A stretch of 64,000 nucleotides of DNA from Takakia lepidozioides. Its lineage: Eukaryota; Plantae; Bryophyta. The first letter of the stretch is position 1; every line of letters begins with the position of its first letter. Below are positions 37,240 through 48,125 of the stretch, in pieces. The notes under the pieces were generated by a model. That model was not told the DNA's origin, ran no database searches, and was given only the letters and a program-made list of their open reading frames with translations. Location of the stretch: assembly GCA_030704615.1 (NCBI GenBank), contig CM060731.1, forward strand, positions 93,248,001-93,312,000, read 5' to 3'. Position numbers and translations under genes: made by a program.

Positions 37240-39379
37240 AGATTGACATTTGGTACAATTCCAACTTTGAACTTCCAACTTTGTGTGCAACTTTGGTGCG
37301 TGCGGGCAGGCTCTCTATCTAGCTGCAGTGAATGGGAGGAGGTCGGATTGAGAGGTTGCATTGGTTTCTGGTGTAGGTATGAGTGATAGGAGGGTGGAGC
37401 AAACAATGTGGTTTAGCTGTTTTTGGCTGAGATGTTGCTATGAGGGGTATAAAGAGGCTGCATATGTGAGAACAGATGGTGTTAGCCATGACTGATGGAT
37501 CATGAGCATACCAAGGGTCACTAGTTTGGTTTATTGTGAGGCCCGTTGGGTGGATTATGTCATGTAAACCCCGAAAAATGGGGGGGTGTGGATGAATGTA
37601 TTGTTGAGTACGGGTTTTGAGTTAGCATTGGGTTGTAGATGCGGGGGGTCGTAAGAGGGCATGGGGCGCAATGAGTGGAGTATTGGGAGATAATGGTGTG
37701 TGGGCGGTGGGGCCCAATGAGGGAGTATGTATTTGGAGTGTGCTGGGTTAATGTGAGTGATGTTGGCAGTCTTTTGTAATACCCCTGGGGGTGGGATAGT
37801 TGGAATTTTGGGTGCAGTGCTCTGTTGGTTATAATATGTGTGTCATAACGTGGATAGAATTCGTTGTGTCTTGTATATGCTAGGGTGTAGAATTCTGGGA
37901 ATCGATGGCGAGGAGTGGATGTACGATATACATTTGTGGGATGGTGGCCAGTGGGATGAGGGTGAGGGGTAGTTTGTAGGGGATGATATCTAGAATGATG
38001 GTGGGTGTGTACCGGTGTGTCGAATGTGACGTCATGTTGTAGTAGGTGGTCAGTGTGACAGAAGGGAGTGCACTAGAATCGAGTAGAGTGCAGGGGCTGG
38101 ACGTAAGTGGATGGGAACAATTTAGGAAGTGGAGACGAGTAACATGCGAGTGGAGAGTGATTGGGAGCAAGTGCTGGACAAGATGATGCATGAAGAGAAG
38201 ACACATAAAATTGAGTATAATCTTGAAGTGGAAATATTTGTGTAGGCTCCCCAGGGGAGTGTAGCCTTTGTGTAAAGCCTTTTGAAGTGGAGAGATACAG
38301 CATGTCCCTAGTGGGGCAGTTGATAGTAAGTGAGGTCATGGTGAGACAAGAGTGGATGCACAGTATTGAAAACGAATTTGAAGTGGTCCAGAGAACTGTG
38401 TATAATCCTGCAGGGGGAGTAGCTTTTTTGCAGGACGGTTTGAAGTGTAGAGAACCAACGTGCCCAGAGGGCTTGGTAGCCAGGAGTCGAGAGTGAGGAA
38501 GAGCCATTGCCTGGAGACGGTTCTGTAAAACAGAGACATGGGTTAGAAACGGGGGTAGATGAAGGTAGGGGCAGTTTAGAGATAGGGCCCTTAGACAATG
38601 TCTATTTTCTTAACGAGGATGGAGAGGAGACATTATTCAGGCCTTGTATGGTATTGGTATATGAGCAGTTACAGGGACTGGAATAAATGGAGCTGGGCAG
38701 TGGAGTCCAATGGAGTAGAGCAAAGGCAGACCCGACCTATTGGGTTTGGAGGATCTAATTGTAGTGGTGCGCATCATAGGAAGGAAGCCTTTAGCATGCA
38801 TAATCATGAGTTGAGCAAGACTGTAATATGGTGGGGGGGGGTCCCCTGCAGCACATAGGGGGGTAGGGTATTAGAAGTAGGTGTAGAAGGATTGTAGTGG
38901 TCGCCAGTAAAGAGATTGTATAGAATCTGGGAAAGCATGGTAAGCCTTGTACCTGCGAGCGATATGCACCGCTTATTCTTGCAATCCGATGGCGTGGCTG
39001 GAAAACCGGCCCATTAACCGTCATCACCGGCGGCATTCATAACGCCAGTATCAACGACATACATGATAACTTCAAAATCCCCATCCTCCCCATCCATAAA
39101 TGTTTCAAAGCAATTCACCTCACGGCACTCCGCTCCCTCACAACTATTATCACCAACAAACGCCAATTGGAATCTGGCTCTTCAAACGCACCCTAGGTCC
39201 CCCAGGATACCCCTGGGTACCCAGGGGTACCATAGACTCCCCTATTTTCTACGGTCATCTGGTGTCCCACATGACACCTTTCTTTTTATAGGGCCCACCC
39301 CCGAAAGGGGGCAGTAGCCGCAAGGCGAAGTGGCTCTTAGTTACGCCGGCTTCGGCCGGAGTCTTCTCTCTCTCTCTCC
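37240..39379. mobile_element. Degenerate non-LTR retrotransposon: plus-strand 3' end (~38960-39379) with a probable inverted upstream part
   Basis: PLILAIRWRGWKTGPLTVITGGIH..AIHLTALRSLTTIITNKRQLES resembles the C-terminus of RLE-type LINE ORFs. Structured UTR and (CT)n tail. The C/A skew flips near 38960. Confidence 0.45.
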
Positions 39380-39881
39380 AAGACTACTATGAAGCCTACA
39401 ACTGTGGCACCAACATTGCGCAATTACAATTGTTTGTTTCACTATTACAATTACAAAGACGACAAAATAACCTCACAACGTGAGTGCCATAGAGGCTGCC
39501 ACGGGAAGACCCTGCTCCCTCCCCAAATAACAATGAGAGTTGGGATCACATTCAAAAGATGATTGCAGTACATAGCGACAGGAGCACATGTAGACTTCGA
39601 AAGGTGCAATGATGCACGTGCTTTTGAAAGTTGCCACTGAGAGCTCACTGACTATAGTTGGAAGCATAATGGAGGGATAAGGGATGCCATATCATTGCAC
39701 CGCTGACGATGTTGCAAATGAATTGAATTGAATTGAATTTCAATGACAATGTTGCAAATTGCACATTACACAGCATGGTCGCCGATATACCACATTGCAT
39801 ACTCACAGTCCATATAAACCAGATTTCAGATTGAAATTCCAGATTGCACATTCACCACATTCCAGATACACGAAGTTGATT

Positions 39882-42011
39882 CTACCTATGTGTTGTATCC
39901 CGCTGCAATAGAATATTGACTTCGTTGAAAGTCAGAGTGGCCTGGTGAACGAAGTTGTCACGCTTGGGATCACAAACCATCATCTTCAAAAATATGAAAT
40001 ATAAATGTTTGCAGGGTATGAATTTACCTCTCTTGCCCAAATTGGTTGATAGCATATTCACAAAATCAGGACAGGTGCAATTGGGGAAATTGGAAACTGT
40101 GATGTCGTACGCCCTGTCATGAACAGCAGATGTCGAAGTGATCATTGTGTTCACCCGACCATGCCCTGGATCGGGCACTTCCGTGGTGCTTGCAACACAA
40201 GCTTGGAGCATTCTTGCGGACTCCACCTTGCCGAAGTATTCTGCGGTTGGAGGGAAACGCCGAACCAGCTTTCCATCTCGTTTGGTTGGCCACAAGTGAG
40301 GATTTACCGGAGGGACCCGACAAGACGCGGAACTGGAAGCAGATGCATGCAAAGGGGGTTGTCTTGCAAGGGAAAAGCCTGCCTCCTCCAGCATTGCAAT
40401 CTCTTGACTTGTGAGATGTGTTCCCACCTTGACGGGCCAAACGGTTGGAGGAGCTGGCTTCATCACCATGGAAGGTCGCACAGTTCCATGCACACATCTA
40501 CCACAATCATCTGCGCAGAACCAGAACTTGTGGTTCTTGGCTTCTGGTTGGCCGTATGGACGCATCAAACCAGTGAAAGTCGGAGCAGGAGACCGGGCAC
40601 CACCTCTGGATATAGATGAATTGTATTTTTCGATATTAGTTGCCCTGATCTCCGTACATTTCACACGAGACCCTGCACTTGTGCGTTCTATGTGCCAAAC
40701 GTGGTCGGGGCACGCGGACTCCAGCACATCAAGGAGGAAGTCTGTCTCCTGCACCATTTCAGTGGTAGTGTTTAATGCTGGAGCCTGCCGTCGTGACTGA
40801 GGTTCCTCCAGAATGGAGGTTCCGGACATGGATCTGTCATGCAGGGGAACACGAGGCTTCGAGAAGTTAGCACGGTCTGCCCTGTGCGAATCGGAATCCG
40901 AACCAGGTGGGGTGTTCAATTTCCTCTTACAGGAGCCGAATCTCTCCTCCCCTTCCAGATGTGGAACTCTAGACACAAGTGGCGTTCCCTGGGCATACAT
41001 GCTCACCGCCCGTGCTATCTTGCTTGGATCCCCAGATCTGCTCGCAGCACGCAACATCAACTCTAGTTTGTCCGGACCCTTGCCACCAACCCCACCTCGC
41101 AAGAAGTCACGGTATCTGGTTTGTTGTTGCAAGGCACGTATCAGATCATCAGTTGTTGCCACATACAAATCTGGACCTCGTTTCCCAGACTGTTGTAACC
41201 ATGTGTTGTGCACTATCTCTGCCAAATTGCAAGATGGCATGTCTGCCATTTCCTCAATGGAGATGTTCTGCAAAGTGGAAAACCACACTTCAGAACAGCG
41301 GACAGGCAACAACATAAAGAAAGCAAACAGAGCAAAATTTGGAAAGTAAAGTTATGAATAAAGCAAGCAATAGAAGCCACGCACCATTGTCATGGCTGCT
41401 CCCCACTGTCTGTACCGGAAGGGCCAAAACGCTAGCCAATCTTCCAATGCTCTCATACTCTCAAGCGATGCAGCTCTAGAAGAGAACCACCAGACACAAA
41501 TTGTTTGGAACAAAGTGTTCGCCTCCTTCATTGTTCTAGCATCTTTGTACTCTTTGCACAATTTACGATGTTGTGTCTGCATCTCTGGTTTGATGTCCGA
41601 CTTTGTATGTTTCTCCAGAGATTGTGTCCAATGGAACAGACATGTACGCTCTCTGCCCTCCATTGGCACTTTTGGGTCGCCTGATCCGAAGACAATTCAA
41701 ACAGCATTGAAATTCGCCCGAGCACTATCTGCCATGAAACTAGCAAAATTTGGAGATGGTAGCCCATAACACGAATCAGCAAATTCCACATTAGCTTATG
41801 GGATTCCGTATCCTCGGATTGCATGTCACACACTGCAATTGTCATAACTCGTTCGTACACAGGATCGTACACATGACAAGCCATTGTCGTCCAATCTTTC
41901 ACTCGTTTCACATGATCAAACATAAGAAAATAATTCTGCAGGTCCCCACTCTTCTGCATGCGCTTCACGAGGCTAACCCTGCTGCCCTCCCCAGCAGTCG
42001 ACATTTTGAAA
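39882..42011 (-). pseudogene. Divergent relative of the MULE transposase (DDE core and SWIM), 5'-truncated
   Basis: FKMST..SGDLQ..MFDHVKR, FMADS, CLFH, CNLAEIVH, CTCPDF..IPCKHL. Intron at the same position as in the other copies. Confidence 0.88.
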
Positions 42012-42383
42012 GCCTGTTATGGTAATGATTTCCCTACCCCAGACATAGAACTTGGTCTTGGGGCATGGAATAAGAGGTGGGAATATTACTCTACCCTGTC
42101 ATTGAAATGATACACCAGCCCCAGATCTAAAACAGATCATGGGGCAAAAAACATGGTGTCAATAAGTGATTTGATGTGCAAAGTAGGGCAGCTGATTATA
42201 CCCTATTGTATAAGCTGCCAAATATCAGTCTGTAACCCTGCTTTGGTGATGTTCTTTATGTAAAGAAATGCTCTTATTTTGTCCTTAAGCCTTCTATGTG
42301 ATCATAAATGGCTTCTTTAAGACAAACAAACATTTCTAGCCATGAACAGTGATCAATGGATCTTTATTTGGACATGGATACTT

Positions 42384-43107
42384 TGTCGCACACCTCATTT
42401 CGGTAAACTCCCCTTCAAGTCATAGTTACTCGCTTTGATGCGCGCGCCTGACTCCCAACCTGGCCGCCGGGCCAACTTGGAGTTTCGGCTGCTCACCGGG
42501 ACATAACGGTCCCCTTCCGCTTCCCTCTAAACCCTCCACCTATTTGGGACTAGGAGAATTCCCTTTGGTAGATGGCAGTCCGGAACAGCTCCCCACTCTT
42601 TGGTCGCTTTCCGGCTCGCTCGCTTACTCACTAGTTTTTGGTCACCAACGGGCTTGCACCGTTCTCGGGGTTACTACTCCCTATATATACTTCTGTAGCT
42701 GTCCGCGGGGGTTCCACAACCAGCCATGCCATTTTATGGCGAACCACCACGAAAACCCTCGACTCCCGGTGGTGAGTCGCGGTGAGTCTTGGCCCGCTCA
42801 CCACGGCCCCTATGGACCGTGATGAGTCCCAAGACTCCCCACGACTCCCACCACGAGGTCCCCGCCCCATGGTGAGTCCTATGCCACCCCCACTAAGTCC
42901 CACTAAGCTACCACCACCCCTTGTGGAGCCACCCCCACCGCAACCCGGTGTGCGGGGCTCCACCTAGTGAGCGCCTCCGCTTCCCTGAGTGCCTTGGGCA
43001 CTCAAGGGTGCCTCAGCCCCCCATACCTATCGCTGTCGCTGCCCCCACCACAGGGGCAGCCCCTGATGTGTCCCGACCCCCTGCCCTCAAGGCAAAGGGC
43101 CGCGACA
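42384..43107 (-). mobile_element. 3' LTR of chromovirus element 1 (724 bp)
   Basis: TGTCGC..GCGACA termini; purine-rich tract adjacent on minus; left flank tactt. Confidence 0.92.
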
Positions 43108-44013
43108 CACACCCCTACCAACAGGGAGTCGATGTCCTCATCGACTTGTCCATTTTGTAGAAACGAACATCCAAGTTGTGGCGTCCCACATCAAGGAGTT
43201 TGTTTCCGCACCATGGCGTCCCATGGCAAAGAACCAAACCCCACACTTGACTCTACTCTCCACTAGCTAGTTCGGCCGACTTCCTCCAAGTCCCGGCCAA
43301 GGGTGGAGCCTCTCCAGCTCCTCCCAGTGCACTCTTCTTGGCCTACTTCAAGGCCAAGGAACGATCCTCCCCGAGGATCGAATCGCCTTACTGCAACAAC
43401 ATTGCTTGCGATCGCTCATGATGCCGCTTTTGGCATCACCTTGAGCAAGGGTTCACCTGGAACCCTCTTTGACTAGGAAGATAATCTTGAACCAACCGTG
43501 CGCCCCAATCACTACAATTGGGTCCGCCTTGGAATGCTGGCCTGAGGTACGGGAACACGCCGAAGCCGCACTACGACTTCGTCCCGAGGCTACACGATTA
43601 TAGTACGTGAACGGAAGCACGTAGCTTCCGCGTTAGCCCGCACTACAAGGCAACCCCCTCGGTAGCGCAGTTATAGTACGCGCACGCGCCAGGTGCGCAC
43701 TAGCACGTGAACTCCCAAATAAGGCGCAAGTTTCCTTGCCCCTTGGATGGGAGTCACCCGATTTCGGCACTGCGCAAACACACGATTAACCCAATTTACC
43801 TCTCCCACTTTTGTAAGCTAGCATGCATTCTACACACTAGCCAACCACACCAAGCATCACCATTCCAAACACAATAGGACGCACAATATTTGGGACCCAT
43901 TTCCTTTATAACAAATTTTTGTACAATACAAGTTTTTGCAATCGGATTCCTGAGCTAGCTAAACCGGGCTAAGCATGCATTTCCTCCCCCACGCTCCAAG
44001 GTTGATGTCCCCA

Positions 44014-46610
44014 TCAACGTTTCTTCCGCTTTTGAGGTCGCCCTTCGAACGCTGCAACTGCCTCGGATGCGTTTCCCATTTCTGAGGCACGCACCCAAGA
44101 TGCCTCCACAAGATGATAGCCCTTCCATTTGACGAGATACTCCGTTTCTCGGTTCTTGAACCTCCTCGACTTAAGTATTGCCTCCACCTCGTACTCAGGT
44201 TCATTTTCATGATCCAACAGCATAGGTGGCGGACGCAACACTTGCTGCCGATTCGGACGTGCTTCATCTTTGAAGTAAGGCTTCAAAAGGGAGACATGGA
44301 ATACTGGGTGCACCTTGCTGTTTGCCGGCAGCTCCAATTCATACACATCCTCATTCATAACTCTCCGAATGCGAAAGGGACCCGCATACGGAGGTACGAA
44401 CTTCGGACTCACTTCCGGAGGTAGTCGAAAATTCTTGATGTTCAACCAGACCTCTGTGCCTGCCTCAAACTTCACTTCCCTCCGCTTCCGATTCGCCTGC
44501 CTTTCATACCGTTTCCTAGCTTTGGCAATGTTGTACTTTGCGAGCTTCAACAAACGCTCGCGTTCTTCCAGTACCGCCGCTACTGCCGGTTCCTCAACGT
44601 CCTGGGCGGCCCAACTTGTCGGCACCAGAGGTGCTTTTCCATAGACCAACACAAAAGGGGAAACTCCCGTCGCGGAGTGTTCTGTGTTATTATAACAGAA
44701 CTCTGCCGCGTCTAAGTGTTCCATCCAGTCTGATTGGTCTGCCGACACGTAATTCCGCAAGAATTGCTTCACTACGGAATTCACTCTTTCCGTTTGGCCG
44801 TCCGTCGTAGGTCGGAAGGCGGTGCTCATCTTCAGCCTCGTCCCCATCTTCTTCCAAAGTGCTCTCCAGAATTTACTCGTAAACTTTGGATCGCGGTCCG
44901 AGACAATATCCTTCGGGACTCCATGATGCTTTAAGACGTGGGCGAAGTAAAGACGCCCTGTCTCCTGCGCCGTTGCCGTCTCCTTGGTGGGGATGAAATG
45001 GGCCATTTTACTGAACCTATCTACCACCACCATGATTGCATCGAATCCTTTTGACATCGGCATAGCAGTCATGAAATCCATCGAGACGCTTTCCCAAGTC
45101 CCCTCTGGAATCGGCAAGGGTTGTAACAGCCCCGCTTGCTTTTTGTACTCGCTCCGGTTTTGTTGGCATGTGGTGCATGTCTTGACATACTCCTCTGCCT
45201 CCTCCCTCAGTTTGGGCCAGAAATACTCTTTCTTCAAGAGTGCCGCAGTGCGCTTGGCTCCACCGTGGCCCGCAAGCGGGCTATCATGGCATTCTCTCAA
45301 GAGACTATCCCTGATCCCTCCCTTCGGCACGTAGAGACGCTTTTGCTTATACCGGAGCAGTCCATTCTGCAAGTGGAACTGCGATTTAACCCCCATCCTC
45401 AAGTCCTGCATCACGGACTTCGCCAGCTCATCCTTCCGACAAGCCTTCCGGATCTTCCCTTGGAGTGCCGTCTCGCCCTTGTACACCAACAAGAGCTGCT
45501 GCTTTCTACTTAAAGCATCGGCCACCACATTGTCCCGTCCCGGTTTGTACTGGATATCCACGTCGAACACTGCCAAAGTATCTTGCCACCTAAGTTGTTT
45601 TGGGGACAACTTGGGCTGCGTGGCAAAATACTTCACCGTGACATTGTCCGTGAACACCTTCACTGGGTTGGAACCAACATAGTGGCGCCAGAGTTCAAGG
45701 CAATGCACCACCGCCTTCATCTTTTTTCGTGCGTCGGCCACCGTCGCTCCACTTCATTCAGTTTCTTACTTTCGTAAGCCACTGGACGTCCATCTTGCAT
45801 AAGTACACCCCCAATTGCGAAGTCCGATGCATCTGTATGAATCTCAAACGGACGATCGAACTCCGGGATTTTCAAGACTGGAGCTTCCGTCATCCGCTGC
45901 TTCAATTCAGCAAAAGCTTGGCCACAAAATGTGTTCCATACCCAGACTTTGGATTTACACAGAAGGTCCGACAGCGGCCCCGCGATCTTGGCAAAACTTC
46001 TCACATACTTCCGGTAATAGGAGGCGAGTCCTAGGAAGGATCGCACTCCCGGGACCGAAGTCGGAGGCTCCCAGTCCAAGATCGCCCTCACCTTTCTGTC
46101 ATCCATTTTGATCCCATCCTGTGTAATCACATGCCCCAAGAACTCCACTTTTGTGACCCCGAATTCGCACTTTGAAGCTTTGGCATACAGCTTCCCTTCT
46201 CGCAATTTCTGGAACACCCTTTTGAGATGCTCCAGGTGCTCCTCCTTTGTTTTCGAGTACACCAAGATGTCGTCGATGTACACGATCACAAAGTCATCCA
46301 ACCACTCCTGGAAAAGGCTGTTCATCAGCGTGCTAAATGTCGCTGGTGCATTGGTGAGCCCAAAAGGCATCACCAAGAACTCATATGAACCATACCTTGT
46401 CCTGCACGCGGTCTTCTCCTCATCTCCTTCTGCCACCCGAATTTGGTGATAGCCGGAGCGCAAGTCGATCCGGCTGAAATACTTCGCTCCTGCCAACCGA
46501 TCGAAGAGGTCGTCGATCCTTGGCAAAGGGTACCGGTTTTTGATAGTCACCTTATTCAAAGCCCTGTAATCGACACACATCCGCAGCGTCCCATCCTTCT
46601 TGTCTGCAAA
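44014..46610 (-). pseudogene. Chromovirus pol: RT, RNase H, integrase, chromodomain
   Basis: YIDDIL, TDASD, SMDF, SDRD, DGQTE, EYEVEAIL..EYLVKWKGY. One frameshift ~45728; cut at 46611. Confidence 0.93.
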
Positions 46611-47870
46611 TGGTGGGAGTCGTGGGGAGTCTTGGGACTCATCACGGTCCATAGGGGCCGTGGTGAGCGGGCCAAGACTCACCGCGACTCACCACCGGGA
46701 GTCGAGGGTTTTCGTGGTGGTTCGCCATAAAATGGCATGGCTGGTTGTGGAACCCCCGCGGACAGCTACAGAAGTATATATAGGGAGTAGTAACCCCGAG
46801 AACGGTGCAAGCCCGTTGGTGACCAAAAACTAGTGAGTAAGCGAGCGAGCCGGAAAGCGACCAAAGAGTGGGGAGCTATTCCGGACTGCCATCTACCAAA
46901 GGGAATTCTCCTAGTCCCAAATAGGTGGAGGGTTTAGAGGGAAGCGGAAGGGGACCGTTATGTCCCGGTGAGCAGCCGAATCTCCAAGTTGGCCCGGCGG
47001 CCAGGTTGGGAGTCAGGCGCGCGCATCAAAGCGAGTAACTATGACTTGAAGGGGAGTTTACCGAAGTGAGGTGTGCGACATTTGGTATCAGAGCTTAGAG
47101 TTCAGTACGCGATCGTCCTTGGGATTGGCCTCATCATGGGGTCGGGCAAGCCGAAGCGAAAGCGGAACGGCCCAAAAGATGATGATCCCGGTGAGCCCGA
47201 TGGGGGCGACGTGTCACCGAGGCGGCCGTTTGAGGAAGCGATGAATGTTTCCGAAAACGAGGCCGCTCAGGAGCGGGAGGAATCCGAGGAGTCGGAGCCC
47301 GAGGAATCCTTGAGAGCTCCGACAAACCAAGAGATGCCTCCCATGCCGGCAGCCTTTTGGGAAGGGTTGTTGGCGCAGTTTGGCGGGACGTTGAAAGACG
47401 TGTTGAAGGCGGCTAATGCCACTTCCACTAAGGCAAAGTTTAAGGTGAAGCCTAAGGAACCCGGCACCTTCGAGGGCGTTCGAAACCGGAAGGCACTCAA
47501 CACCTGGCTCCTGGAGCTAGAGCAGTACTTCCGGGCGGCCAAGTTGAGTGACGAGGATCGGGTGGAAGTGGCTCCCACCTATTTGAGGGGCTATGCTCAA
47601 CAATGGTGGCAGAAACGCCTTCACGACCGAGGCCCAAGCCCGGAAACCTTGAACTGGAGTGGGTTCAAGGAATTGATGAAGAGACAGTTTGTGCCCCTCA
47701 ACGCATCCTGGCTTGCCCGGGACAAGATGAGGAATTTGAAGCAAACAGACGACATTCGGGGGTATGTCCAGGCTTTCAATGTGCTGTTGCTCGAAGTCGC
47801 GGACATGGCAGAACCAGAAATGGTCTTCAACTTTGTGGCAGGACTGGCCCCATGGGCTAGGCGGAAGTTG
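46611..47870 (+). mobile_element. Inverted 5' part of chromovirus element 1: partial LTR (46611-47080), tRNA-Met PBS (47083-47094) and truncated gag
   Basis: The LTR piece is nearly identical to 42384-42853; TGGTATCAGAGC; gag ORF from ~47136. Confidence 0.9.
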
Positions 47871-47879
47871 GCTCCACAT

Positions 47880-48123
47880 CAAGTCCTCCCCTCCAGTCAT
47901 ACTCTCTGACTCCACGAGGTCTTCTGGTAGCATGTAGCCTACTAGATTTCTTAGTGCTGACCTGTATCTTGTGCTTCCCATCATGCACAGTCAGTAACTG
48001 GGAATTCCAGTCATGGAATACCCTGGCCTGTTTCAGCCATGGTCATCCCAGCAATAAGGAGTAAGCTTCCATGACATCATCCATTTTCAACACAGTCACT
48101 GTGATCTTAAATATCATCTCTTG
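47880..48123 (-). mobile_element. Small fragment of the other gypsy family (protease region)
   Basis: Reverse-complement similarity to ~25045-25290. Confidence 0.75.
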
Positions 48124-48125
48124 GA

